From Syntrophales bacterium (GTDB lineage: Bacteria > Desulfobacterota > Syntrophia > Syntrophales > PHBD01), in NCBI GenBank assembly GCA_963668175.1, contig OY764159.1, positions 224,001 to 288,000 of the forward strand: 64,000 nt of DNA, written 5' to 3'. The notes under the pieces are model-generated. The model was not told where the DNA came from. It saw only the letters and a program-made list of their open reading frames with translations, and did no database searches. The position numbers and the translations under genes were made by a program. This document shows positions 19,446 to 28,991 of this stretch, piece by piece (positions within the stretch are counted from its first letter, which is position 1; the number at the start of each line of letters is the position of its first letter).

Positions 19446-20426
19446 ATGTATTTTCCCGACTACCGACCGAGACGCATGAGAAGCAACGATAACTTCCGGA
19501 GAATGGTGAGGGAAACGAAACTATCCGTCGACGATTTCATTTATCCCCTCTTCGCCGTTCCGGGCAAAGGGGTCAAGAAGCCTATCGGCGCCATGCCGGG
19601 CAACTTCCAGATGTCCGTCGATCATATCGTCAAGGAAGCCCAAAAGGCCAAGGAACGAGGTATCCCGGGCGTTCTTCTCTTCGGTATTCCCGACAAAAAG
19701 GACGAGGTGGCCTCCGGTGCCTTCGCGAAAGACGGTATTATCCAGAGAGCCGTGAAAGAGATCAAGAACCATATCCCCGACATCCTGGTGATCACCGACG
19801 TCTGTCTCTGCGAATATACAAGCCACGGCCACTGCGGTATGCTCGAAGGGAACGATGTGGACAACGACAGCACCCTGGAAGTCCTCGCGGAAACAGCCGT
19901 CTCTCACGCCAAGGCCGGGGCGGATATGGTTGCCCCCTCCGCCATGATGGACGGACAGATCGGAGCGCTCCGCGAAGGGCTCGACGAAGCCGGATTTGAT
20001 CATGTTCCGATCATGGCCTATTCGGCCAAGTATGCTTCGTGCTTCTACGGCCCTTTCCGGGAAGCCGCGGAAAGCGCACCCCAGTTCGGGGACCGCAAGA
20101 CCTACCAGATGGACCCGGCCAACAGCGACGAAGCCATACGGGAGATAACCCTGGATGTGGAGGAAGGGGCCGATGTTATCATGGTCAAACCCGCCTTACC
20201 CTACCTCGACATCATCCGGCGCGCCCGGGAGGAATTCGATCTGCCCCTGGCGGCCTATAATGTCAGCGGCGAGTTCTCCATGATCAAGGCAGCGGCCAAT
20301 ATGGGATGGCTAGACGGCGAGCGGGCCATGATGGAGTCCCTGACGGCCATCAAACGGGCCGGGGCGGACATTATCATTACCTATTTCGCCCTCGACGCGG
20401 CGGAATTTCTGAGCCATGGCCGATAA
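19446..20426 (+). CDS. hemB: Porphobilinogen synthase
   Basis: [26 protein letters not shown] and AYNVSGE motifs. Confidence 0.97.
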   Translation: MYFPDYRPRRMRSNDNFRRMVRETKLSVDDFIYPLFAVPGKGVKKPIGAMPGNFQMSVDHIVKEAQKAKERGIPGVLLFGIPDKKDEVASGAFAKDGIIQRAVKEIKNHIPDILVITDVCLCEYTSHGHCGMLEGNDVDNDSTLEVLAETAVSHAKAGADMVAPSAMMDGQIGALREGLDEAGFDHVPIMAYSAKYASCFYGPFREAAESAPQFGDRKTYQMDPANSDEAIREITLDVEEGADVIMVKPALPYLDIIRRAREEFDLPLAAYNVSGEFSMIKAAANMGWLDGERAMMESLTAIKRAGADIIITYFALDAAEFLSHGR

Positions 20427-21486
20427 GCACCGACATTCCTCCGTGCTGCCCGATACCCTGCGGATGGTGGCCTGGGAGACGACGCGGAGCTGCAATCTGG
20501 CCTGCGTCCACTGCCGGGCATCTTCCCTGTGCGGACCGTATGAAGGCGAACTTTCAGAGAGCCGCTCGCTGCAGCTTCTGGACGAGATAGCCGCGGTCGG
20601 CAAACCTGTTGTTATCCTGACCGGAGGCGAGCCGCTTCTGAGGAAAGATATCTTCAATCTCGCCGCTTACGGCGACGGGCTGGGGCTCCGCATGGTCCTG
20701 GCAACGAACGGCACGCTGGTCACAAACGACGTGGCCCGCCGGATGATCGACTCGGGCGTCAAACGGGTAAGCGTCAGCATCGACGGCATGGATGCCGCAA
20801 GCCACGACGCCTTTCGCGGACAACCGGGGGCTTTCACCGGCGCCATGGCCGGGATCGAAGCCATGAAAAAAGCGGGGATGGAGTTCCAGATCAATACGAC
20901 GATTACGCGGACAAATCTTGGCCAGGTCAAAGAGCTTCTCGACCTGGCCGTCCGGCTCGGTGCAGCAGCGCACCACATCTTTCTCCTCGTTCCGACCGGC
21001 CGCGGGAAGGACCTCGCCGATTGGGAGATCGGCCCCATCGACTACGAAGAGACCCTCGAATGGTTCTTTGAGGCAGGGCTCAGTTGCCCGATCCAGACCA
21101 AGGTCACCTGCGCACCGCACTATCACCGAATCTATCATCAGAGAAAAAAAGAGCGGGGAGCGGCGAAAGCGGAGGCCGGACCGCTGCATGCCATGACGCG
21201 GGGCTGCCTGGGGGGCAGCGCATTCTGTTTCATCTCCCACACCGGCCAGGTGCAGCCCTGCGGCTACCTGGAGATCGACTGCGGACAGGTGAAGGAGACG
21301 CCCTTCGGACAGATATGGAAGGAATCGGAGGTTTTCACCGACCTCCGTCATCTGGATCGATATCGGGGAAAGTGCGGCCGGTGCGAATTTATCACGGTAT
21401 GCGGCGGGTGCCGGGCCAGGGCATACGAAAAGACCGGCGATTATCTGGCGGAGGAACCGCTGTGCATCTATGAACCACACCGGTAG
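20416..21486 (+). CDS. ahbD: Fe-coproporphyrin decarboxylase / haem b synthase (radical SAM/SPASM)
   Basis: [37 protein letters not shown] and CGGCRARA motifs. Confidence 0.92.
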   Translation: MADKHRHSSVLPDTLRMVAWETTRSCNLACVHCRASSLCGPYEGELSESRSLQLLDEIAAVGKPVVILTGGEPLLRKDIFNLAAYGDGLGLRMVLATNGTLVTNDVARRMIDSGVKRVSVSIDGMDAASHDAFRGQPGAFTGAMAGIEAMKKAGMEFQINTTITRTNLGQVKELLDLAVRLGAAAHHIFLLVPTGRGKDLADWEIGPIDYEETLEWFFEAGLSCPIQTKVTCAPHYHRIYHQRKKERGAAKAEAGPLHAMTRGCLGGSAFCFISHTGQVQPCGYLEIDCGQVKETPFGQIWKESEVFTDLRHLDRYRGKCGRCEFITVCGGCRARAYEKTGDYLAEEPLCIYEPHR

Positions 21487-21574
21487 CAAGCGAACCCGGC
21501 GGTATTGCCGCTCACCGGTGCGCTCACGTAAATCGTCCGTCTCAAAGCAGACGGATTCAAAAACAGGAGAAACG

Positions 21575-22021
21575 ATGGACGACTTCGACAAGACCATTCT
21601 GAATTTGATCCAGGCCGGTTTCCCCCTGGTCCCCCGTCCGTTCGGGGTGATCGGGGAACATGTCGGACTCGGCGAAGACGAGGTCCTCGAGCGCATGCGG
21701 CATATGAAGCATTCGGGCCTAATCCGCAGGATAGGTGCCGTTTTCGACCCCAAGAAATTGGGATTCGCGAGCACCCTCTGCTGTGCAAGCGTGCCTAAGG
21801 AAAAGCTCGGCGACTTCGTGGCGACGGTCAATGCCTTCCCCGGTGTTACGCATAATTACCGGCGGAACCACACTTATAACGTCTGGTTCACCCTCATCGC
21901 CCCCGCGGAAGCCGCCCTGGAAAGAACGCTTACGGAAATCAAGGACAAGACAGGCATCACCGATATCCTCCCCATGAAATCCACAAAAACCTATAAAATC
22001 AATGCCCTGTTCGAAGTCTGA
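21575..22021 (+). CDS. ahbA: Siroheme decarboxylase alpha subunit (Lrp/AsnC-like)
   Basis: IQAGFPLVPRPF, LGFASTLC and GVTHNYRRNHTYNVWFT motifs; AGGAG RBS before ATG 21575. Confidence 0.88.
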   Translation: MDDFDKTILNLIQAGFPLVPRPFGVIGEHVGLGEDEVLERMRHMKHSGLIRRIGAVFDPKKLGFASTLCCASVPKEKLGDFVATVNAFPGVTHNYRRNHTYNVWFTLIAPAEAALERTLTEIKDKTGITDILPMKSTKTYKINALFEV

Positions 22022-22204
22022 TACCCGATAAGCCAGAGAAGGCAGCCCCTTGTTCTCCCTCGCAACCTGAAGCTTACCGAAACGGCAAATCCATACGGCG
22101 GATTGCAGGTATAAACTGCCCCGAAAGCGGAAAATCGGCGCAATCGCCGTACAGTTGACAAGCAATCATATAGTCATTCTCACGGCTTGTACTTCTTTTT
22201 ATCA

Positions 22205-22233
22205 TTGACAGCGGTCCCGTTTTTCCCTATGTT
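22205..22233 (+). promoter_or_regulatory. Putative sigma70 promoter
   Basis: TTGACA-17 bp-TATGTT upstream of the FKBP gene. Confidence 0.55.
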
Positions 22234-22340
22234 ATAAATGAAGGTTCTTTTCACTCTTGATCGAACTGCGAGGCAGTAGGCATCGTTCCAGTTATTACCC
22301 TATCGGCCGATATGACCCCAGCATGGCAAAGGAGGACGCG

Positions 22341-22829
22341 ATGACGGGAGTAAAAAGCGGCGATACGATCCTAGTGCACTACAAAGGGTCTCTGGAGGAC
22401 GGGACGGTATTCGATGCATCGATCAATTTCAAGCCGGTTGAATGCACGATCGGCAACGGCGATGTCATACCCGGTTTCGAAGAGGCTGTCATCGGCATGA
22501 ACGTGGGCGACAGGAAGACGGTTCACATACCCTGTGACCAGGCTTACGGACCATACGATGAGGAGAAGGTCGAAGTCGTTCCCAGAGACGCCATCCCCGA
22601 GCATGTCAATCCCGCATTAGGCCAGGAATATCAAGTCAGCCACGTTAAGGGCGAGTACGAGGATTTTATCGTCCGGGTGACAAGCGTAGACGCCGAGCAT
22701 ATCGTGTTCGACGCCAATCATCCCCTGGCGGGCAAAGATGTAGTATTTGAAATCGACCTGGTTGCCATCCTGAAACAGAGCCGGGGATGGATTACCGATA
22801 TCCCTCAGTGGTCTGTTTACGCCCCTTGA
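22341..22829 (+). CDS. FKBP-type peptidyl-prolyl isomerase (SlyD/SlpA-like)
   Basis: HYKGSLEDGTVFD, VIPGFEEA, AYG and DANHPLAGK motifs; GGAGG RBS before ATG 22341; no His-rich tail. Confidence 0.92.
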   Translation: MTGVKSGDTILVHYKGSLEDGTVFDASINFKPVECTIGNGDVIPGFEEAVIGMNVGDRKTVHIPCDQAYGPYDEEKVEVVPRDAIPEHVNPALGQEYQVSHVKGEYEDFIVRVTSVDAEHIVFDANHPLAGKDVVFEIDLVAILKQSRGWITDIPQWSVYAP

Positions 22830-22830
22830 C

Positions 22831-23634
22831 TCAGGGACCGAGCGGTAACGCCCGTTCGATCGAGAACTCCCGGGCGGCCTTGTCGAATCGAGGAGCCCTC
22901 GGGAGAGGTGTGGGCTGGAGCCATCTGTCTTTTTCGCCTTCGTAGAACCATTTATCGACAAAGCCCCGGCGCCGGATAAAGGATGGATTCTTGACCCATT
23001 GGCTCAACTCCTCGTAAGCCTGTTGTACCATCCGGAAGGTGGCATTGTCGCCGCCGACATCGGGATGGAATCTTTTAGCCTGCCGACGATAGGCGTTTTT
23101 GATGACCTGATCCAGTTCCGGGGCGTTGAGATCGAGCCGGTCCAGGCACAGCCGGGAAAGGGTCCGTTCCTTGATCGTCGGCTTCGTGATCTGCTGGGGT
23201 CTTATGATTTTAGACGATATCCTGTTCCGGTCCGCCTGCTCGAAGATGTGCATCGAAGCCATGTAATGCTTGTTGGTCTTCTTTTTCACAGACCACCAAC
23301 TGTCTCCGAGGACGTCCGCCATGCTGGAAAAATCGTCTGCGGGCTGTTTGCCGGCAGAACGGGGATAGCGAAAGCTGTAAACATCCTTGGACGCGTAGGG
23401 CAGCATGTCCATGATGATCATGTGGTCGCTGAAGAAGAATGTCGCATACCGGATGTTGAGCGCCCGCAGGAGACCGGTCCGGAGGTTGAGCTTGTACCGC
23501 AGCCTCTGGCGGCATTCAATGGAACAGTATCTGCGTCTGCCCATATTTTCCGTCGTACCGCACGACAGGCACCGCGGCCGGCCGGCATCCCTTGCGGACG
23601 AACAGGATAAGATAATACCGTTTTCAATTCTCAT
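22831..23634 (-). CDS. J-domain protein with N-terminal Cys cluster
   Basis: IKNAYRRQAKRFHPDVGGD J-domain near the C-terminus; CLSC...YCSIEC near the N-terminus; start uncertain. Confidence 0.8.
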   Translation of the reverse strand: MRIENGIILSCSSARDAGRPRCLSCGTTENMGRRRYCSIECRQRLRYKLNLRTGLLRALNIRYATFFFSDHMIIMDMLPYASKDVYSFRYPRSAGKQPADDFSSMADVLGDSWWSVKKKTNKHYMASMHIFEQADRNRISSKIIRPQQITKPTIKERTLSRLCLDRLDLNAPELDQVIKNAYRRQAKRFHPDVGGDNATFRMVQQAYEELSQWVKNPSFIRRRGFVDKWFYEGEKDRWLQPTPLPRAPRFDKAAREFSIERALPLGP

Positions 23635-23830
23635 AGCGGGCCATAATATCAGGATTCGACACCGTTGTGAAGGTGTTTTGCAGAAGGATATATCATCCTG
23701 CCGATATCCATCCTCCTCACAATCCTCATGACATATCCGGCGTCTTTGGTGTATGATGGAGAGGATTATCGCAATCCGACAGTGTCGCATACATCACATT
23801 TCATTGAATGGATCGAATGATATGGAAATC

Positions 23831-26503
23831 ATGAAGGAAAAGGACCGTCTCTTTCTTGTGGACGGCAGCAACTATCTCTACCGTGCCTACTATGCCATCC
23901 GCGACCTGTCCAATTCCAAGGGGTTCCCGACCAACGCCATTTACGGTTTCACAACCATGTTGATGAAATTGCTCAAGGATTGGAAGCCGGAACATATGGT
24001 CGTCGTCTTCGATCTCAAAGGACCGACCGAGCGCCACGAAGCCTACGATCTTTACAAGGCGAACCGCAAGGCCACACCCGACACCCTGGTTCCCCAGATT
24101 CCCTACGTGAAGGACGTCGTCCGCGCCCTCTCCATACCGGTGATCGAAATGCAGGGCATCGAGGCCGACGATATTATCGGCACCCTGGCCGTGAGGTACG
24201 CGTCGCTGGGCAAGAAAGTCGTCATCGTATCCGGCGACAAGGACCTGATGCAGCTCGTATCCGATAATGTCATTATGATGGATACGATGAAAGAGAAGAC
24301 ATACGATGCGGCGGCCGTCAAAGAACGTTTCGGTGTCAGTCCCGAACAGGTTCCGGAAATACTCGGTCTCATGGGCGACAGCTCCGACAACATCCCCGGC
24401 GTACCGGGCATCGGGGCCAAGGGGGCCATGGCCCTCGTCGAAGAATTCGGCTCGATTGAAGCACTGATAGAAAACGCCGAGAAGATCAAGAATGCCAAGG
24501 CCAAGAAAGCCATCAAAGAATTTGCCGAGCAGGCGCGGATGAGCCGCGACCTGGCCCGGATACGAACCGATATACCCGTCGACTTCGACCTCGAAACATC
24601 GCGGCAAGGGGAACCCGACACGGATGCCCTCATCGCCCTTTTCCGGGAATTCGAATTCTCGTCTCTCCTGCAGGACCTGAAGATGAAAGATCCGGCAACC
24701 AAGATGTTGTCGCAGACCATTATCGCCGGGGAAGACTTTCAATCCCTGCTTCGGAAACTTAAAACGGCCTCGGAATTTACCATCGATGCCGTCCTCAGCG
24801 ACCCGGAACCCATGAAGGCGCAAATAGTCGGCCTGACTGTTTCGCTTGAGCCCGGAGAGGTCTTTTATATCCCGTTAGGCCACGATTACGCCGGGATGCC
24901 CGATCAACTCGGAATCGGTTTCGTTCTCGAAGGCCTGATGCCGTACTTGCGGGACGGATTTGTCCGTAAACACGGCCATGACTTGAAAGCGCTCATGATC
25001 GCCCTGGCGGCCCGTAACGTTCCCATGCACGGTATTGGCTGCGACACCATGATCGCCGCTTATATTCTCAATCCGTCCCGGCACGGTTTCGCCCTCGAAG
25101 ACGCTGCCATGGAACACTTGAATCTGCGGATCGCGACGGCGAAAGACTTGGCCGGAACGGGTGCCCGTGCCATCCCCTTTTCCTTCGTAACGATCGACAG
25201 AATTCGCGAATACGCGTCCGGACGCGCCGAGGCCATCTCCAGAATGGTCCCGCTCCTCACCGAACGCATCGACAAAGAGGGTTCTACCTATCTCTTCCAT
25301 GAAGTGGAGATTCCCCTCCTGTCGATCCTGGCCGACATGGAGAGATACGGCGTTCTTCTGGACCTCGACATTCTGAAATCCATGTCCGACGAGCTTCGGG
25401 AACTCCTGACATTATCCGAGGAAAAGATCTATCGACTGGCGGGCGAGCGTTTCAACATCAATTCTCCCAAGCAACTACAAACGATCCTCTTCGACAAGAT
25501 CGGCCTCCCCAAAGGCCGCAAGACCAAAGAGGGATATTCGACGGACGGCGAAGTCCTGGCCATGCTCGCCAAGAGTCATGAGTTGCCGGGGGAAATCCTG
25601 GCGTACAGGAGCCTGGCTAAACTCAAATCCACTTACATCGATGCCCTGCCGATGCTCGTCAATAAAAATACGGGGCGCATCCATACCTCCTACAACCAGA
25701 CGGTCACGGCGACGGGCCGACTTTCCAGCAGCAATCCGAATCTCCAGAATATTCCCATTAGAACGCTGGAGGGCAAGAGGATTCGCCAGGCCTTTATAGC
25801 CCCGGCCGGTAAGCGGCTGCTTTCCGCCGATTACTCGCAGATCGAGCTTCGCGTTCTGGCCCATCTCTCGGGAGACCCGGCGCTCACGGAAGCATTCAGC
25901 TCCGGCGAAGACATACATAACAGAACGGCATCCGACATCTTCGGCGTCTTTCCCGAAATGGTCAACGCCGAAATGCGCCGTCAGGCCAAAGTCATTAATT
26001 TCGGGATTCTTTATGGGATGAGCGCCTTCGGCCTGGCGAAGGAACTCGGGTTGAATCAAAAGATGGCACAAATCTATATCGACGGATATTTCAGGAAATA
26101 CCACGGCGTAAAGGTTTACCTGGACGGCATCCTGGCCAATGCCGTCAAGAAAGGGTACGTCACGACCCTCCTCAACAGGCGACGCTACCTCCCGGATCTG
26201 ACGAGCAGCAATGCCGTGGTCCGTCAGTTCGCCGAACGAACGGCCATCAACACCCCGATCCAGGGAACGGCCGCCGACCTGATCAAAATGGCCATGATCC
26301 GCATCCACCGCCAGCTTGCCGAAAGGAAGCTGTCCGCCGCCATGATCCTGCAGGTCCACGACGAACTGGTCTTCGAGGTCCCGGAAGAGGAACTGGAGAC
26401 GGTTACGGAGCTGGTGAGAAAAGAGATGGAGGAGGTCATCAAGCTCAAGGTTCCCCTGAGGGTGGACATCGCCAGCGGCCGGAACTGGGATGAAGCCCAC
26501 TAG
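23831..26503 (+). CDS. polA: DNA polymerase I
   Basis: 5'-3' exonuclease LVDGSNYLYRAYYA; polymerase motifs DYSQIELR, RRQAKVINFGILYG, QVHDE. Confidence 0.98.
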   Translation: MKEKDRLFLVDGSNYLYRAYYAIRDLSNSKGFPTNAIYGFTTMLMKLLKDWKPEHMVVVFDLKGPTERHEAYDLYKANRKATPDTLVPQIPYVKDVVRALSIPVIEMQGIEADDIIGTLAVRYASLGKKVVIVSGDKDLMQLVSDNVIMMDTMKEKTYDAAAVKERFGVSPEQVPEILGLMGDSSDNIPGVPGIGAKGAMALVEEFGSIEALIENAEKIKNAKAKKAIKEFAEQARMSRDLARIRTDIPVDFDLETSRQGEPDTDALIALFREFEFSSLLQDLKMKDPATKMLSQTIIAGEDFQSLLRKLKTASEFTIDAVLSDPEPMKAQIVGLTVSLEPGEVFYIPLGHDYAGMPDQLGIGFVLEGLMPYLRDGFVRKHGHDLKALMIALAARNVPMHGIGCDTMIAAYILNPSRHGFALEDAAMEHLNLRIATAKDLAGTGARAIPFSFVTIDRIREYASGRAEAISRMVPLLTERIDKEGSTYLFHEVEIPLLSILADMERYGVLLDLDILKSMSDELRELLTLSEEKIYRLAGERFNINSPKQLQTILFDKIGLPKGRKTKEGYSTDGEVLAMLAKSHELPGEILAYRSLAKLKSTYIDALPMLVNKNTGRIHTSYNQTVTATGRLSSSNPNLQNIPIRTLEGKRIRQAFIAPAGKRLLSADYSQIELRVLAHLSGDPALTEAFSSGEDIHNRTASDIFGVFPEMVNAEMRRQAKVINFGILYGMSAFGLAKELGLNQKMAQIYIDGYFRKYHGVKVYLDGILANAVKKGYVTTLLNRRRYLPDLTSSNAVVRQFAERTAINTPIQGTAADLIKMAMIRIHRQLAERKLSAAMILQVHDELVFEVPEEELETVTELVRKEMEEVIKLKVPLRVDIASGRNWDEAH

Positions 26504-26506
26504 AAA

Positions 26507-26537
26507 AAGGGGCACGACCCTTTGGATCGTGCCCCTT
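26507..26537. terminator. Hairpin terminator between convergent polA and the biotin-carrier gene
   Basis: aaggggcacga/tcgtgcccctt stem with an A-run on the left (T-run on the minus strand). Confidence 0.75.
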
Positions 26538-26567
26538 CGTTGTCTACTGATAAGACGCCTAACCGGA

Positions 26568-26783
26568 CTATTCCAGAACAATCAGGACCTGGTTCGTGTC
26601 GACCTTATCCTTTTCGTTGACTTTGATTTCCGCCACCTTACCGCTGGACGTCGCCAGGATGGGGTTTTCCATCTTCATGGCTTCCAGAATGATCAATTCT
26701 TCATCAGCGGACACCTGATCGCCTACGCTGACCAGGATCTCTGCAATGGTCCCCGGCATGGGGGCTACAATGTTAACACTCAT
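26568..26783 (-). CDS. Stand-alone biotin carboxyl carrier protein
   Basis: EAMKMEN biotinylation motif; 71 aa; GGAGG RBS. Confidence 0.95.
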   Translation of the reverse strand: MSVNIVAPMPGTIAEILVSVGDQVSADEELIILEAMKMENPILATSSGKVAEIKVNEKDKVDTNQVLIVLE

Positions 26784-26868
26784 TTGATAATCCTCCTTAG
26801 TCTATTCGTTTTATGTCCCCTGGGGAGACATTTCAAGGGTGTTTCCCCAGGGGATCATTGTGTCATGC

Positions 26869-28062
26869 TTACTTCTTCCAGAGCGGATCCGCGGGACCCC
26901 ATTTTTCAGGCAGAATCGCTTCCGCCGACCAATCGGGCGGGATTCTCTGACCGGGTTTCTCACCGGCTTTTTCCACCAATTTCTTCAGGCCCGGACGGGC
27001 AAATTTCATATGACCCGCCTTCTGGGTACGGCCGTTGTAAATGGCTTCCGAACGGAGCCGTTTGTTCATCGTCTTTTCCATCTTTTTGCCCAGCCAAAGG
27101 ACGCGATCCACATCGTAACCGTGCTCGATGCCCAGTTCGTCGATCTGAACCAGCAGGTCTTCCATGGTGACCAATCCCACGAAGCGGGGATCGTCGTAAT
27201 AATACTCGCCCGTGCCCCTGATCGGACAATCATCGAGGAAGTTGGCCGGCTGGCCGCCCAGGCCGCCCAGCGTCGCTTCAAACCGGGTAATACCGGCATG
27301 AAGGGCCGCCAGGATCGACGAAGACGCGATGCGTTTCGTCTCATGGAGATGGCAAAGATGGGCTTCCGGGTTCGGCATGGCATCCATGACCATCGAGAAA
27401 TAACGATAAACGTCGGCGGCATTTGCCGAGCCGTCATGGTCGGCATGTTCGATGTCGTGGGCACCGATCGAGAACCAGCGCTTGGTGAACTCTACGGCGT
27501 CCTCCAGCTTGGTGGCGCCGCTGATCGGGCTTCCCCAGATCGTGCTAACAGTACCGACCATCTTGATGCCCATATCGCGGGCCTTCTTGATACAGCGCTC
27601 GGCTTCACGCCAGTACTGGGTAAGGGTCGTCCCCGAATTGGCGAAGTGGTGCTCCGGGTCCGTCGAGACCATCATGAGAATGCGGTCGGGACCATAACCT
27701 TGTTTCTTCATCTCAATGGCGCGATCCACCGCTGTTTCACGAATCGTGACACACGTCAGGCAAACATCCTTAAAGATGTCAATGCCAGCCCGGCTGCAAC
27801 GCTTCGCGAACTCATCGTTCCGCATGGCCTTCATGACCAGATCGGCATCCTTAAACTGAGGGGTTGTGGTCGCACTTCCCAGGTTCGTCACTTCCAACTC
27901 CCGGCAACCCGCCAGGATCATTTCCTGCCCGTAAAAGATCTTCGCGTCCGTGGAGATGAACTTCTCCTCGTGCTGGAAACCGTCACGGATGGTAATGTCG
28001 CCGATGGAAACTTTCTTCGGCATTCTGGGGAAAATTTTCCAATAATCATACTCTGTCGCCAT
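26869..28062 (-). CDS. HMG-CoA lyase-like DRE-TIM metallolyase
   Basis: IRDGFQHE, HLHET metal motif and GGLGGQP; context resembles liuE. Confidence 0.85.
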   Translation of the reverse strand: MATEYDYWKIFPRMPKKVSIGDITIRDGFQHEEKFISTDAKIFYGQEMILAGCRELEVTNLGSATTTPQFKDADLVMKAMRNDEFAKRCSRAGIDIFKDVCLTCVTIRETAVDRAIEMKKQGYGPDRILMMVSTDPEHHFANSGTTLTQYWREAERCIKKARDMGIKMVGTVSTIWGSPISGATKLEDAVEFTKRWFSIGAHDIEHADHDGSANAADVYRYFSMVMDAMPNPEAHLCHLHETKRIASSSILAALHAGITRFEATLGGLGGQPANFLDDCPIRGTGEYYYDDPRFVGLVTMEDLLVQIDELGIEHGYDVDRVLWLGKKMEKTMNKRLRSEAIYNGRTQKAGHMKFARPGLKKLVEKAGEKPGQRIPPDWSAEAILPEKWGPADPLWKK

Positions 28063-28157
28063 AACTACGTCCTCCTTAGAATAAATTTGTTTAATAAGAA
28101 TTTTCCCTCCTCCGGCGGCAGGGAAGGGGAGGGAAAACTTTATTGTGATGGTTGCTC

Positions 28158-28958
28158 TTACTCGCCTTTAAAGACGGGCTTCCGCTTTTCCGCAAAGGCC
28201 GCAAGGGCTTCCAGACGGTCCTTTGTCGGGATGGTGACCTCGTAGGCCTTAGATTCCAGAGGCAACGCCACACCAAGACTCGCCTCCGTACCGTAATTAA
28301 GCACAAATTTTGCCTGGGCAACGCCTATGGGGCCGTTCTTGGCAATCTCCCTCGCCAATTCCAATGCGGCATCCATAAGCTTATCGGGCTCGACAACCTT
28401 GCTGACCAGACCGATCTCCAGCGCCGTCTGGGCGTTGATTCTTCTCGCCGTATAGATGAGTTCCTTGGCTTTCGCCATACCGACGATCCTCGGCAGTCTC
28501 TGCGTGCCGCCGGCACCGGGAATGATCGCCAAACTCGTTTCGGTAAGACCCATCAAGACGTTCGAGGATGCAATGCGAATATCGCAGGCCAGGGCTATTT
28601 CCGTGCCGCCGCCGAAAGCGAAACCATTGATGGCGGCGATGACGGGAACGCGAACCTGCTCGACGGCCGTGAATGTGTTGCGAATCGTGAAAATGAAGCG
28701 GCGGACCTGGTCCTGGGTCAGGGTTCTTCTCTCCTTGAGGTCGGCCCCAGTGGAGAAAGACCATTTCTTCGGATCGTCGCCCGCTTTTGCCCCAGTAATG
28801 ATGATGCAGCGGAGATCGTTATCGAAATTGGCTTCCTTGATCGTTTCCGCCAGCACAGCCAACAGATCGAAATTAAAGCAGTTCATGGCATCGGGGCGAT
28901 TCAACGTGAGAATCAGGATGCCATCCTCTGTTCTTTCCTTCAACAAGACATCGGACAT
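28158..28958 (-). CDS. Enoyl-CoA hydratase (methylglutaconyl-CoA hydratase-like)
   Basis: FSTGADLKER, AFGGGTE and LTETSLAIIPGAGGTQRLPR crotonase motifs. Confidence 0.9.
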   Translation of the reverse strand: MSDVLLKERTEDGILILTLNRPDAMNCFNFDLLAVLAETIKEANFDNDLRCIIITGAKAGDDPKKWSFSTGADLKERRTLTQDQVRRFIFTIRNTFTAVEQVRVPVIAAINGFAFGGGTEIALACDIRIASSNVLMGLTETSLAIIPGAGGTQRLPRIVGMAKAKELIYTARRINAQTALEIGLVSKVVEPDKLMDAALELAREIAKNGPIGVAQAKFVLNYGTEASLGVALPLESKAYEVTIPTKDRLEALAAFAEKRKPVFKGE

Positions 28959-28991
28959 ACTTCTCCTCCTCCCTGGATTGAAAACCGGATT

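Noticed and set aside
22022..22256. Possible ahbB remnant after ahbA
   Set aside because: The frame I translated by hand gave no convincing AhbB-like motif, and the ORF track shows no plus-strand ORF starting here.
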